A stretch of 37,051 bases of DNA from assembly GCA_947589375.1 (NCBI GenBank), contig CANQAO010000001.1:1-37051 (forward strand), read 5' to 3'. Positions 8,749-18,764 of this stretch are shown here, in pieces; the stretch's first letter is position 1; the number at the start of each line of letters is the position of its first letter. The notes under the pieces are model-generated. The model had not been told where the DNA came from. It did not search any database and worked only from the letters and a program-made list of their open reading frames with translations. The position numbers were made by a program, and so were the translations under genes. The DNA is from an uncultured Bacilli bacterium (GTDB lineage: Bacteria > Bacillota_I > Bacilli_A > RF39 > UBA660).

Positions 8749-8874
8749 TTAATGAGATAGTACTTTACGTCCTTTTTTTCTACGACTTTTAATTATTTTT
8801 GTTTGCATTCGCGCAAAAAATCCTAATTTTTTACTTCTTCTTCTAGTATTAGGTTGAAAAGTTCTTTTGGTCAT
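8749..8874 (-). CDS. rpmH: 50S ribosomal protein L34 (not in the supplied ORF track)
   Basis: Manual minus-strand translation gives [41 protein letters not shown] (41 aa, TAA stop). This matches the L34 signature KRT(F/Y)QP...GF..RM....GR.(V/I)L..RR.KGRK.L. Confidence 0.9.
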   Translation of the reverse strand: MTKRTFQPNTRRRSKKLGFFARMQTKIIKSRRKKGRKVLSH

Positions 8875-8950
8875 TTTTTCACTCCTCTCGCTTTTTTTCT
8901 TTGCGTAAGTTAATTATATAGATAAAAACTATCTTTGTCAAGGAAAATCT

Positions 8951-9126
8951 TTTTCCACAGTTTAATTTTTATTGATTTGTAAAAGCTAAATAATCTTTTA
9001 AACATATGTGGATAAGTAAAAATATATGTCATTTGAGGAAAATTTTTTTATTCACATTTTCTGTGGATAACTATTTTTAGACTTTTATTTAAAAAGGTTT
9101 AAAAATGTGGATAAAAAAGTGGATAA
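8951..9126. promoter_or_regulatory. oriC part 1: DnaA-box cluster upstream of dnaA
   Basis: Three exact TTATCCACA boxes lie on the reverse strand (tgtggataa at 9007-9015, 9062-9070, 9106-9114). One-mismatch boxes are at 8951-8959 (ttttccaca), 9048-9056 (ttattcaca) and 9118-9126 (agtggataa). Confidence 0.85.
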
Positions 9127-9220
9127 TTTTTTTTATAAGTTTAATGCACTTTTTCCTAGTAATTTAAAGAAAAATATTGTAAAATAAGTATTAAGAACTT
9201 TTAACATCGGAGGTGAAATT

Positions 9221-10558
9221 ATGGATTTAGAAAATCTATGGAACGTTTTTCTAACAAAAATTAAAGAAAAAATCAAACCTGTTTTATTTCAAACTTGGTT
9301 CCAAGAAACTAAATTAATTGAACTAAACGATGAATATGCTTTAATTAAAGTACCATTAGATGTTCACAAAAAACATCTACAGGAAAATTATAATGATATT
9401 ATTAAAGAAACTTTTATGGAAGTAACTGGTTCTATCTTTAATTTTAAATATATTACCGATGAAGAACTAGATAAAGACGAAATGGTTATCTTAGAAAATG
9501 ATGAAGCTATTTTTGAAAGTAATTTAGATAAAAGATATACCTTTGATAACTTTGTTTCTGGGGAAAGTAATAAATTTGCCAAAACGATTGGTCTAGCTGT
9601 AGCCGAAAAACCAGGCAATGTTTATAATCCTTTATTTATATATGGCAAAAGTGGTTTAGGCAAAACGCATTTAATGCATGCGATTGGTAATTATATCGCC
9701 GAAAATGGGGCTAAAAAAGTTTTATATGTGACAAGTGAAAAATTTGTCGATGATTTTCTAAGTTTATATCGCGGAAAAGACAATAATTTTGAAGCCGTCG
9801 ATAAATTTAAAAGAAAATATCGCGATATTGATGTTTTAATGATCGATGATATTCAGTATTTAGAAATAGCTTTAAAGACCCAGCAAGAATTTTTCAACAC
9901 CTTTAATGAACTACATACGAAAAATAAACAAATTATTATTTCCTCTGATCGTTCGCCGGATGATTTAAATAAATTAGAAGAACGTCTTCGAACGAGATTT
10001 AATTGGGGCCTTACCATCGATATTTTGCCACCTGACTTTGAATTAAGAATGAAAATCTTAGATAAAAAAATCGAAGCTCAAGGCATTAGTAGTTTTGTCC
10101 CAAAAGAAGTAAAAGAATATATCGCCAATCATTGTACGACCGATATTCGAAAATTAGAAGGAGCTTTAACGAGGGTGTTTGCCTATGCGACGATTATGAA
10201 TGGTTCTGAAATTACTTTAGAGTTAACCATTGAAGCCTTAAAAGATTATATTGGTAAAAACATTTTATCAAAAAATAAAATTCAAAAAGTAATTGGCATT
10301 GTCGCCGATAATTACAACATAACGCCAGATGATTTAATTGGGAAAAAAAGATTATCGAAAATTGCCATTCCAAGACAGATTGCGATGTATATTTGCCGCG
10401 TACATTTAGGCGAATCACTGCCGAAAATAGGCACCGAATTTGGCGGAAAAGATCATACAACGGTTATGCATTCCGTTAATAAAATAACTAATGAAATAAA
10501 AAAAGACAAAAATCTTGAAAAAGAAATCGCCAAAATCACTAGTAAATTAAATCTTTAA
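9221..10558 (+). CDS. dnaA: Chromosomal replication initiator protein DnaA
   Basis: 445 aa with the AAA+ Walker A GKSGLGKTHL, Walker B LMIDDIQ and the C-terminal DnaA signature (GGKDHTTVMH). GGAGGTG RBS upstream. Confidence 0.98.
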   Translation: MDLENLWNVFLTKIKEKIKPVLFQTWFQETKLIELNDEYALIKVPLDVHKKHLQENYNDIIKETFMEVTGSIFNFKYITDEELDKDEMVILENDEAIFESNLDKRYTFDNFVSGESNKFAKTIGLAVAEKPGNVYNPLFIYGKSGLGKTHLMHAIGNYIAENGAKKVLYVTSEKFVDDFLSLYRGKDNNFEAVDKFKRKYRDIDVLMIDDIQYLEIALKTQQEFFNTFNELHTKNKQIIISSDRSPDDLNKLEERLRTRFNWGLTIDILPPDFELRMKILDKKIEAQGISSFVPKEVKEYIANHCTTDIRKLEGALTRVFAYATIMNGSEITLELTIEALKDYIGKNILSKNKIQKVIGIVADNYNITPDDLIGKKRLSKIAIPRQIAMYICRVHLGESLPKIGTEFGGKDHTTVMHSVNKITNEIKKDKNLEKEIAKITSKLNL

Positions 10559-10563
10559 CACCT

Positions 10564-10670
10564 TTATCCACCTTGCCCTTTCTTAAAAAAAATCAGTTAT
10601 TTAAAGAAAAATTAACACTTTTCCACATAATCCACACTAATAATAAAAATATTAATTAATAATAAAAAAG
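10564..10670. promoter_or_regulatory. oriC part 2: DnaA boxes plus an AT-rich candidate unwinding region between dnaA and dnaN
   Basis: One-mismatch boxes are ttatccacc (10564-10572), ttttccaca (10619-10627) and taatccaca (10628-10636). They are followed immediately by ctaataataaaaatattaattaataataaaaaa, which is almost pure A/T and starts with TAA repeats. Confidence 0.65.
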
Positions 10671-10682
10671 GAGATGTTTAAA

Positions 10683-11804
10683 ATGAAAATTCAAATCAAG
10701 CAAAATATTTTAATTGAACATTTAAATTATGTCATTAAAGGAATTTCCACGAAAAATTTAAGACCTATTTTAAATTGTATTAAATTTGAACTTACCGATG
10801 ATGGTTTATATTTAATGAGTACTGATAATGAAATATCAATTAAAACTTTTATCGATAAAAAAGAAATCGATAAAATCGATGCATGCGGAGAAATAGTCGT
10901 TTCTGGACGCTATATCTATGATATTATTCGTAAATTACCCGATGAACTTATTACGATTGAAGAAGTCATGGATGCGAAAATTTATATTAACACGAAAAAT
11001 TCCTCATTTACTTTAAATTGTAATGATCCAGCAGAATTTCCTGACTTAGAACTTGAATATCGTAAAAAACCAATCTTATTAAATCAAAAAGTGTTCAAAA
11101 CAATCATAAATCAAACAGCTTTTGCTACTTCAACAGGCGAATCACGTCCGGTTTTAACGGGCATCAATTTTAAAATTGAAAATAATCAAATGGAATGTAC
11201 AGCGACAGATTCTTATCGTTTAGCCATTAAAAAAATTGAATTAAATGAAAAGGCCGAAGAAAATAGTAATATAATTATTCCTACTAAAAACTTAAACGAA
11301 TTAGTGAAATTAATGGATGAAGATGATGAAAATATCGAAATTCATATTTTCAACAACAAAGCCATCTTTAAATTTAGTACCATTTCAATGATGACTAGAT
11401 TGATAAGTGGTACTTATCCTGATACTTCGAAATTAGTTCCAGCAGAATTTCTCTTAACTATGCAGACTTCTTTAATGGATTTCTATAATGCGATTGATCG
11501 CGCTTCTTTATTAACCAATGAAAGTGATAAAAATACGATAAAATTTGAAACCAATGATGAGCAAGTTATAATTTCTTCTAATATTCCAGAAATTGGGAAT
11601 GTCGAAGAAAAAATTATGGTAAAAAAGAACAATCAAGAAAATATAAAAATTGCTTTTAATTCGAAATTTATGATGGATGCCGTGCGGGTATTAGATAGCA
11701 GTGAAATTGAACTTTTATTTAATGGTGAATTTAAACCAATTATTATCAAAAATCCTGAAAGTGATGATCTAATTCAATTAATTTTACCAATTAGAACCTA
11801 TTAA
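10683..11804 (+). CDS. dnaN: DNA polymerase III beta sliding clamp
   Basis: About 373 aa with full-length beta-clamp similarity (e.g. TATDSYRLA, LPIRTY C-terminus). The start is placed at the second ATG (MKIQIKQ), 9 nt after GGAG. Confidence 0.96.
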   Translation: MKIQIKQNILIEHLNYVIKGISTKNLRPILNCIKFELTDDGLYLMSTDNEISIKTFIDKKEIDKIDACGEIVVSGRYIYDIIRKLPDELITIEEVMDAKIYINTKNSSFTLNCNDPAEFPDLELEYRKKPILLNQKVFKTIINQTAFATSTGESRPVLTGINFKIENNQMECTATDSYRLAIKKIELNEKAEENSNIIIPTKNLNELVKLMDEDDENIEIHIFNNKAIFKFSTISMMTRLISGTYPDTSKLVPAEFLLTMQTSLMDFYNAIDRASLLTNESDKNTIKFETNDEQVIISSNIPEIGNVEEKIMVKKNNQENIKIAFNSKFMMDAVRVLDSSEIELLFNGEFKPIIIKNPESDDLIQLILPIRTY

Positions 11805-11826
11805 AAAATAAATTTCGCTTAAAAAT

Positions 11827-11879
11827 GACAAAAATCGACATGGAAAAAGAGTATAAGAAAGATGTCGATTTTTTTTGTC
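11827..11879 (+). terminator. Rho-independent terminator after dnaN
   Basis: Inverted repeat gacaaaaatcgacat (11827-11841) / atgtcgattttttttgtc (11862-11879). The core stem tcgacat/atgtcga is followed by a T8 run. Confidence 0.6.
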
Positions 11880-11907
11880 GGCATAATCTATGAGGGGGGA
11901 ATTAGCG

Positions 11908-12357
11908 ATGATAGATTATGAAATAACAGGAAGCACTTGTGCTTTAATTGGAATTAATAATAAAGAAACCGAGGTGATTGAAAAAGGTAAACGCTTTATT
12001 ATTCCTAAAAAAACCAAAGATGTTTTAAATGAAAGTTGTGAATTTTATGGAAGTACTTTAGCTGGCCGAATTAAAGGTAGTCAAGTTCAATTAGGAATGA
12101 AATATAAATTACCAATAATTGTTGAAAGTTCTAGGGAATTAGTTTTTTTTCCAACGCTTTCACCACGATTAGAAGATTGTAGCTGGATATCCTTAAAAAA
12201 CATCAAAAGTTATGAAGAAATTGCCTATGGTGTTAATATTGAATTTTGTGATGGAGAAAGCATAAGTCTGCCAATTTCTCTAGAATCTTTGGAAAATCAA
12301 ATCTTTCGAGCGACGAAATTGATGCTTATCGCGCGTAGTCGTCGTGCGAAACTATAA
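11908..12357 (+). CDS. comK: ComK-family competence transcription factor homolog
   Basis: About 149 aa. It aligns with recalled B. subtilis ComK blocks: SCEFYGSTLAGR (cf. SCRFFGSSYAGR), PIIVES...VFFPTLSP...C.WIS (cf. PPIMV...LFPTLS...CGWIS) and LPISLESLENQ (cf. LPISYNSFENQ). The start is at the ATG 8 nt after GAGGGGGG. Confidence 0.8.
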   Translation: MIDYEITGSTCALIGINNKETEVIEKGKRFIIPKKTKDVLNESCEFYGSTLAGRIKGSQVQLGMKYKLPIIVESSRELVFFPTLSPRLEDCSWISLKNIKSYEEIAYGVNIEFCDGESISLPISLESLENQIFRATKLMLIARSRRAKL

Positions 12358-12366
12358 TATTGAGAA

Positions 12367-12395
12367 AAAAAATAGGTTAAAATAGCCTATTTTTT
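12367..12395 (+). terminator. Rho-independent terminator after the comK-like gene
   Basis: Stem aaaaaatagg (12367-12376) / cctatttttt (12386-12395) with a 9-nt loop and a T-run. Confidence 0.55.
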
Positions 12396-12423
12396 GATTT
12401 TTAAGCCCATTTTATGGTATAAT
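12394..12423 (+). promoter_or_regulatory. Candidate sigma-A promoter for recF-gyrB-gyrA
   Basis: TTGATT (12394-12399), an 18-nt spacer, then an extended -10 TGgTATAAT (12415-12423). Confidence 0.5.
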
Positions 12424-12498
12424 GTAGTTGGAGTATAGGAGTACTATTAAGGTACTTATTTTCAATTTTACCCCAAAAAAAGCGAAAAGAGGGATTTC

Positions 12499-13611
12499 AT
12501 GATACTAAAAAATATAGAAATCAGAAATTTTCGAAATTATGAACATCTCAAAATCGACTTAAATAAGAATATTAATATTATTTATGGCGATAATGGTGGC
12601 GGTAAAACCAATATTTTAGAAAGTATTTATGTTTTAACTTTAACTAAATCGCATCGCGCTTTAACTAATGTCGATTTAATTAAAAGTGGAAAAGATAAAG
12701 CCTTAATCAAAGGAACTATGCTGGAAAACATTTCTTATAATTTAGAAATTGAAATTTCGAAAACGCAAAAGCAAGTGAAAATTGATAATGAAGTTATTAG
12801 TAAAATTGGCGATTATGTCAGTAAAATGAATATTATCATGTTTTATGCCGAAGACTTAGAATTAATTCATGGTTTTCCTAGTAATCGAAGGAAATATTTA
12901 AATTTATCGCTTAGTCAAATTTCCAAAAATTATTATAATACTTTAAATGATTACCACAAGTTGCTGCGCACGCGTAATGAATATTTAAAAAGGATCAGTA
13001 ATAATGAAAGTTACGATGCCAATTATTTCGATATTTTAACTGAATATCTAATTGAAAAAAGTGTTTTTATTTATCAAATGCGGGAAAAATATATTGAAAA
13101 GTTAAATGATATTTGTCCAAAAATATATAAAGACATTACTAAATTAAAAGGCTTTAAGATAAAATATCTGCCTACGATTTCGTTAGAAGATAATTCGAAA
13201 GAGGCCATTAGAAAAGAAATGCGCGACAAATTAAAAGAAAATTTTGAAAAAGAAGTGAAATTTAAAACAACTTTATGTGGTCCTCACCGTGATGATTTTG
13301 GATTTTATTTAAATGAAGATAATTTAAAATCATTTGGTTCCCAAGGTCAACAAAGAGTAGCTGTTTTAACTTTAAAATTATCAGAAATTCAAATTTTTAA
13401 AGATTATAAGAAAGATAATCCAATTATTTTATTAGACGATGTTTTTAGTGAGCTTGATAATGAAAAGAAAAATAATTTACTTAAATATATCAATAACGAT
13501 ATGCAGGTAATTATTACAACGACTGATTTAAATAATATCGATGAAAAATTAAAAGCCAAAGCTAAATTAATTAATATTAACAAAGGAAAAATTATAGAAG
13601 AGGTGAAATAA
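12499..13611 (+). CDS. recF: DNA replication and repair protein RecF
   Basis: 370 aa with Walker [13 protein letters not shown], the signature SQGQQR and Walker [12 protein letters not shown]. The stop overlaps the gyrB start (TAATG). Confidence 0.96.
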   Translation: MILKNIEIRNFRNYEHLKIDLNKNINIIYGDNGGGKTNILESIYVLTLTKSHRALTNVDLIKSGKDKALIKGTMLENISYNLEIEISKTQKQVKIDNEVISKIGDYVSKMNIIMFYAEDLELIHGFPSNRRKYLNLSLSQISKNYYNTLNDYHKLLRTRNEYLKRISNNESYDANYFDILTEYLIEKSVFIYQMREKYIEKLNDICPKIYKDITKLKGFKIKYLPTISLEDNSKEAIRKEMRDKLKENFEKEVKFKTTLCGPHRDDFGFYLNEDNLKSFGSQGQQRVAVLTLKLSEIQIFKDYKKDNPIILLDDVFSELDNEKKNNLLKYINNDMQVIITTTDLNNIDEKLKAKAKLININKGKIIEEVK

Positions 13612-15536
13612 TGGCAGAAAATAAAGAACATTATAATGAATCTGATATTCAAGTATTAGAAGGCTTAGAAGCGGTAAGAAAAAGACCGGGAATGTATATT
13701 GGAACGACCGATGTTAAAGGCTTACATCATTTGGTATGGGAAATTGTCGATAATGCTATCGATGAAGCTTTAGCGGGATATTGTGATAATATTGAAATTA
13801 TTATTAATAAAGATAATTCAATTACCGTTAAAGATAATGGTCGTGGTATCCCAGTGGGAATTCATCCAAAAACTGGTTTATCAACGGTGGAAACTGTTTA
13901 TACGGTTTTACACGCTGGTGGTAAATTTGGTGGCGGGGGCTATAAAGTTTCTGGGGGACTTCATGGAGTTGGGGCTTCAGTTGTTAACGCCCTATCTAAA
14001 GAAGTTACGGTTACCGTTTACAAAGATGGTAAAATTCATGAAGCAAAATTCGCGGATGGTGGAAAAACTATTCAAAAATTAACTATTATTGGGGAATGTG
14101 AACCAGAAAGAACGGGAACTGTAGTTACTTTTAAACCAGATCCGGAAATATTCGATACTGATATCTATGATTATAATACTTTAATGATTCGTACAAGGGA
14201 ACTTGCCTTTTTAAATAAAGGGTTAAGTTTAACTTTAAGAGATGATCGTGATGACGAAGATACAACCGGAGAAACTTTCCACTATGAAGGGGGAATTAGC
14301 GAGTACGTTAAGTATTTAAATAAAAATAAAACGCCAATTGGGGAAGAAATTATTCACTTAGAGGGTGAAGAAGACGATATTATTTTTGAAGTAGCATTAC
14401 AATATAATTCTGGATACAATGAAAGTATTTATTCCTTTGTAAATAATATCAATACTCATGATGGAGGAACGCATGAAGAAGGAGTTAAAAGAGCTTTAAC
14501 CCGAATTTTAAATAATTATGCACGTAAAGCTAATATTTTAAAAGAAAAAGATGATTCATTAAGTGGTGAAGATGTTAAAGAAGGTTTAACAATGATTATT
14601 TCTTGTAAACATCCTAATCCGCAATTTGAAGGTCAAACTAAGGGGCGTCTTGGAAATTCTGAAGTTCGAAAGTTAGCCGATAAAGTTTTTGCCGAAGGAT
14701 TTGAAAGATATTTAATGGAACATCCTGATGAAGCGAAAATCATTATCGATAAAAATATGACGGCGGCGCGGGCAAGGATTGCTGCTAAAAGAGCACGTGA
14801 ACTTACCAGAAGAAAAAGTGATTTAGATGTTGTTAATTTTGGTGGAAAGTTAGTTGATTGTAAAGATAAAGATCCTATTAATAGTGAAATCTTTATCGTC
14901 GAGGGGGATTCAGCCGGTGGTTCAGCTATCAAAGGAAGAAACTCGATGACCCAAGCTATTTTACCACTTCGCGGAAAAATTCTTAATGTCGAAAAAGCCC
15001 GTATTGATAAAGCATTATCAAATGAAGAAATAAGAACAATTATAACTGCTTTTGGGACAGGAATTGGTCAAGAATTCGATTTAAATAAACTAAGATATCA
15101 TAAAATAATTATCATGACCGATGCCGATGTCGATGGCGCCCATATTCGGGTATTGTTACTCACATTATTTTATCGCTTCTTTAGACCCATTGTTGAAGCA
15201 GGTTATGTTTATGCCGCACAACCACCACTTTTCTGTATTAAACATGGTAAAACGATTAAATATGTTTTAAATGAAGAGGAAAGAGATGCTTATTTAGCTA
15301 CTTTAAATCCTAATACTAAATACGATATTTTACGTATGAAAGGTTTAGGTGAAATGGATCCTGAAGAATTAAATGAAACGACTATGGATATTAATACTAG
15401 AGTATTAAGAAAGATAACGGTTGATGACGCTATTGCTGCCGATGAAGCCTTCTCTATGCTTATGGGCGAAGAAGTTGAACCAAGAAGAAAATTTATAGAA
15501 GAAAATGCGCCTTATGCGCAAAATCTAGATGTTTAG
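13611..15536 (+). CDS. gyrB: DNA gyrase subunit B
   Basis: 641 aa with the GHKL ATPase motifs (DNGRGIP, GLHGVG), the Toprim EGDSAGG and PLRGKILNV. It ends ...NLDV at a TAG stop. Confidence 0.98.
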   Translation: MAENKEHYNESDIQVLEGLEAVRKRPGMYIGTTDVKGLHHLVWEIVDNAIDEALAGYCDNIEIIINKDNSITVKDNGRGIPVGIHPKTGLSTVETVYTVLHAGGKFGGGGYKVSGGLHGVGASVVNALSKEVTVTVYKDGKIHEAKFADGGKTIQKLTIIGECEPERTGTVVTFKPDPEIFDTDIYDYNTLMIRTRELAFLNKGLSLTLRDDRDDEDTTGETFHYEGGISEYVKYLNKNKTPIGEEIIHLEGEEDDIIFEVALQYNSGYNESIYSFVNNINTHDGGTHEEGVKRALTRILNNYARKANILKEKDDSLSGEDVKEGLTMIISCKHPNPQFEGQTKGRLGNSEVRKLADKVFAEGFERYLMEHPDEAKIIIDKNMTAARARIAAKRARELTRRKSDLDVVNFGGKLVDCKDKDPINSEIFIVEGDSAGGSAIKGRNSMTQAILPLRGKILNVEKARIDKALSNEEIRTIITAFGTGIGQEFDLNKLRYHKIIIMTDADVDGAHIRVLLLTLFYRFFRPIVEAGYVYAAQPPLFCIKHGKTIKYVLNEEERDAYLATLNPNTKYDILRMKGLGEMDPEELNETTMDINTRVLRKITVDDAIAADEAFSMLMGEEVEPRRKFIEENAPYAQNLDV

Positions 15537-15546
15537 GAGGTGCCGT

Positions 15547-18003
15547 ATGGATGATAAGATAAAAGATAAATTAGAAGAAAATAATATAGTTGAAGAAATA
15601 AAGTCATCATTTATTGATTATTCTTTAAGTGTTATCGTTTCACGTGCCCTTCCAGATTTAAGAGATGGATTAAAACCTGTTCATCGTCGTATTTTATATT
15701 CAATGTATGAATCTGGTTATACACCTGACAAACCTCATAAGAAAAGTGCGCGTATTGTCGGAGATGTAATGGGTAAATATCACCCTCATGGTGATTCAAG
15801 TATTTATGATGCTATGGTCAGAATGGCTCAAGATTTTAACTATCGTCATATGCTTGTCGATGGCCATGGAAATTTTGGTAATATCGAAGGTTATAGTGCC
15901 GCGGCTATGCGTTACACTGAATCAAGATTATCGAAAATATCATTGGAACTTTTACGTGATATTAATAGAGATACAGTTGATTTTGTTCCAAATTTTGATG
16001 AATCAGAAAAAGAACCAGCTGTGTTACCATCAAGATTTCCAAATATTTTAGTAAATGGAACAATGGGAATTGCTGTCGGTATGGCAACCAATATTCCCCC
16101 TCATAACTTAGGGGAAGTAATCGATGGATGTGTTGCTTATATCGATAATCCAGATATTGATGTTTTAGGTTTAATGGAACATATTAAAGGTCCTGATTTT
16201 CCAACAGGCGCCATTATTCTAGGTAATAGTGGGATTAAAAAAGCCTATGAAACTGGTAAAGGAACGATTACGATCCGTAGTCGCGCGCGAATTGAAGAAA
16301 ATAATGGTAAGCAACAGATTATTATTGATGAAGTACCATATGGTATAAATACATCAGAACTTAAAAATAAAGTTGCTGATTTAGTTCATAGTAAAGTCAT
16401 CGATGGTATTTCAGATTATCATACGGATTTAAAAGATGGTATTAAGATTACGATTACGCTTAAAAAAGAAGCAAATGCGCAGGTAGTTCTTAATAATTTA
16501 TATAAGCACACCCAATTTCAAACTAATTATGGTATAACATTATTAATGCTTGATAATGGAGTCCCAAAAACTTTAGGTTTAAAAGATATTATTTCTAAAT
16601 ATATTGATTATCAAAAGGAAATAATTATTAGAAGAACTAAATTTGATTTAGATAAAGCTGAAAAAAGAGTTCATATTTTAGAAGGTTTGAAAATAGCTTT
16701 AGATAATATCGATGCAGTTATTAAACTAATTAGAGGTTCGAAAACTGATGATGAAGCTAGAGCCGGTTTAATGAATAACTTTGCATTATCAGAAATTCAG
16801 GCTAATGCCATTTTAGAAATGAAGTTAAGAAGATTAACTGGTTTAGAAAGAGATAAAATTGAAGCTGAATTAAAAGAATTATTAGCTAAAATCGAAGAAC
16901 TTAAAGCTATTTTAGCTAGCGAAGCTAAAGTTCTAGCTATTATTAAAGAAGAATTATTAGAAATAAAAGAAAGATATAGTGATGATCGTCGTACAGATAT
17001 CGATATGACGGCTATTGACTATATTGAAGATGAATCTTTAATTCCCGTTGAAGATATCGTAGTTACTTTAACGAATAAAGGTTATGTTAAACGTATGACG
17101 AGTGAAACTTATAAAACTCAAAATCGCGGAGGTGTTGGAATTAAAGGTATGACAACCAATGAAGATGATTTTGTTGAGAATTTAATTTCGATGACGACCC
17201 ATGATTATATAATGTTCTTTACGAATAAAGGTAAAACATATCGGGTTAAAGGGTATGAAATTCCACAATTCAGTAGACAATCTAAAGGTTTACCAATTAT
17301 TAATTTATTGCCTTTAGATAAAGATGAAGTAGTTAAAGCAATGCTAAAGGTTAGTAAAGATGAAGAAAATAAATATATTGTATTTTGTACACAAAGAGGT
17401 TTAGTTAAGAGAACAGCTTTAACAGAATTTGAAAGTATAAGATCTAATGGTAAGATTGCTATTACGCTTAAAGAAGATGATGAATTAATTTCCGTTAAGA
17501 AAACAACCGGTGAAAATGAAATTATTATTGCTTCTTCAAATGGTCGCATGATTAGATTTGAAGAAAAAGAAATTAGAGTAATGGGAAGAACAGCATCTGG
17601 TGTTAAAGGTATTGATTTAGGTGATGGTATCTGTGTAGGTTGTGAAATAGCTGAACCTGAACAAGAAATTTTAGTTGTTACTGAAAAAGGTTATGGAAAA
17701 CGTACTAAAACTACTGAATATCGTATGACACATAGAGGTAGTAAGGGAGTTAAAGCTTTAAATATTACTGAAAAAAATGGTAACATTGTCGCCTTTAAAT
17801 TAGTTAATGGAGACGAAGATTTAATGATTATCACAGATAGTGGCATGATTATTAGAATGGAAGTAGCTCAAGTTTCCACAACAGGAAGAGTAGCTCAAGG
17901 AGTTAGGTTAATTAATTTGAAAGATGAACAAAAAGTAGGAAATGTTGCCTTAATTAACAAAGAAGAAATAGCTGAAGCTGATGATTCAGAAAAGGAAGAA
18001 TAA
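15547..18003 (+). CDS. gyrA: DNA gyrase subunit A
   Basis: About 818 aa with the active-site region AAMRYTE, the QRDR-like [10 protein letters not shown] and an acidic C-terminal tail. The start is at the ATG (MDDKIKD) 7 nt after AGGAGG rather than the upstream track start. Confidence 0.98.
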   Translation: MDDKIKDKLEENNIVEEIKSSFIDYSLSVIVSRALPDLRDGLKPVHRRILYSMYESGYTPDKPHKKSARIVGDVMGKYHPHGDSSIYDAMVRMAQDFNYRHMLVDGHGNFGNIEGYSAAAMRYTESRLSKISLELLRDINRDTVDFVPNFDESEKEPAVLPSRFPNILVNGTMGIAVGMATNIPPHNLGEVIDGCVAYIDNPDIDVLGLMEHIKGPDFPTGAIILGNSGIKKAYETGKGTITIRSRARIEENNGKQQIIIDEVPYGINTSELKNKVADLVHSKVIDGISDYHTDLKDGIKITITLKKEANAQVVLNNLYKHTQFQTNYGITLLMLDNGVPKTLGLKDIISKYIDYQKEIIIRRTKFDLDKAEKRVHILEGLKIALDNIDAVIKLIRGSKTDDEARAGLMNNFALSEIQANAILEMKLRRLTGLERDKIEAELKELLAKIEELKAILASEAKVLAIIKEELLEIKERYSDDRRTDIDMTAIDYIEDESLIPVEDIVVTLTNKGYVKRMTSETYKTQNRGGVGIKGMTTNEDDFVENLISMTTHDYIMFFTNKGKTYRVKGYEIPQFSRQSKGLPIINLLPLDKDEVVKAMLKVSKDEENKYIVFCTQRGLVKRTALTEFESIRSNGKIAITLKEDDELISVKKTTGENEIIIASSNGRMIRFEEKEIRVMGRTASGVKGIDLGDGICVGCEIAEPEQEILVVTEKGYGKRTKTTEYRMTHRGSKGVKALNITEKNGNIVAFKLVNGDEDLMIITDSGMIIRMEVAQVSTTGRVAQGVRLINLKDEQKVGNVALINKEEIAEADDSEKEE

Positions 18004-18033
18004 AATCTTCTTTTTCTTATAGTTAAAAACTAA

Positions 18034-18049
18034 TGTTTCACGTGAAACG
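18034..18049. promoter_or_regulatory. parS-1 (ParB-binding centromere-like palindrome), 15/16
   Basis: tgtttcacgtgaaacG compared with the consensus TGTTTCACGTGAAACA. Confidence 0.8.
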
Positions 18050-18076
18050 TTGGTAGAAAGATAGAAAAAGAAATAT

Positions 18077-18092
18077 AGTTTCACGTGAAACA
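18077..18092. promoter_or_regulatory. parS-2, 15/16
   Basis: Agtttcacgtgaaaca; its centre is 43 bp from parS-1. Confidence 0.8.
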
Positions 18093-18250
18093 TAGGATAT
18101 ATTTACTTTTTAAATAAATTAAAACTTAAATTAAAAAAGATATAAACCAAGAAAAATAAGGGCTAATTCATTTATAAGTATTAAAATTAACTTTTGAAAA
18201 AATATTCAAAATTAGTTTAAAGAAATAATATTTTATTATCAAACTTTAAA

Positions 18251-18266
18251 TGTTTCACGTGAAACA
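18251..18266. promoter_or_regulatory. parS-3, 16/16
   Basis: tgtttcacgtgaaaca, extending to the 18-bp perfect palindrome atgtttcacgtgaaacat. Confidence 0.85.
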
Positions 18267-18291
18267 TCATTTGCAGAAACAAAAAAACTAA

Positions 18292-18307
18292 TGTTTCACG
18301 TGAAACA
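18292..18307. promoter_or_regulatory. parS-4, 16/16
   Basis: tgtttcacgtgaaaca; its centre is 41 bp from parS-3. Confidence 0.85.
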
Positions 18308-18477
18308 TAGGATATATTTACTTTTTAAATAAATTAAAACTTAAATTAAAAAAGATATAAGCCAAGAAAAATAAGGGCTAATTCATTTATAAGTATTAAA
18401 ATTAACTTTTGAAAAAATATTCAAAATTAGTTTAAAGAAATAATATTTTATTAATTATTTTATTATCAAACTTTAAA

Positions 18478-18493
18478 TGTTTCACGTGAAACA
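18478..18493. promoter_or_regulatory. parS-5, 16/16
   Basis: tgtttcacgtgaaaca (18-bp palindrome). Confidence 0.85.
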
Positions 18494-18518
18494 TCATTTA
18501 CAGAAATAAAAAAACTAA

Positions 18519-18534
18519 TGTTTCACGTGAAACA
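18519..18534. promoter_or_regulatory. parS-6, 16/16
   Basis: tgtttcacgtgaaaca; its centre is 41 bp from parS-5. Confidence 0.85.
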
Positions 18535-18561
18535 TTGGTAGAAAGACAGAAAAAGAAATAT

Positions 18562-18577
18562 AGTTTCACGTGAAACA
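18562..18577. promoter_or_regulatory. parS-7, 15/16
   Basis: Agtttcacgtgaaaca; its centre is 43 bp from parS-6. Confidence 0.8.
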
Positions 18578-18748
18578 TAGGATATATTTACTTTTTAAAT
18601 AAATTAAAAAGTAAATTAAAAAAGATATAAACCAAGAAAAATAAGGGCTAATTCATTTATAAGTATTAAAATTAACTTTAAAAAAAACATTCAGAATTAG
18701 TTTAAAGAAATAATATTTTATTAATTATTTTAATTATCAAACTTTAAA

Positions 18749-18764
18749 TGTTTCACGTGAAACA
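18749..18764. promoter_or_regulatory. parS-8, 16/16
   Basis: tgtttcacgtgaaaca (18-bp palindrome). Confidence 0.85.

Larger units (their letters stand above)
18030..18287. repeat. Tandem repeat unit A (258 bp) of the parS array
   Basis: It begins ctaatgtttcacgtgaaac and carries parS-1, parS-2 and parS-3. It is near-identical to units B and C over the AT-rich body (...ataggatatatttactttttaaataaatt...aagggctaattcatttataagtattaaaatt...). Confidence 0.9.
18288..18514. repeat. Tandem repeat unit B (227 bp) of the parS array
   Basis: Same unit as A and C but lacking the ~43-bp segment between the first two parS copies, so one parS sits where A and C have two. It also has a ~9-bp ttaattatt insertion relative to A. 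Confidence 0.9.

Noticed and set aside
15636-15651. A parS half-site inside gyrA (cgtttcacgtgccctt)
   Set aside because: Only about 10/16 positions match. The left half is good and the right half is not, so it is probably a chance match.
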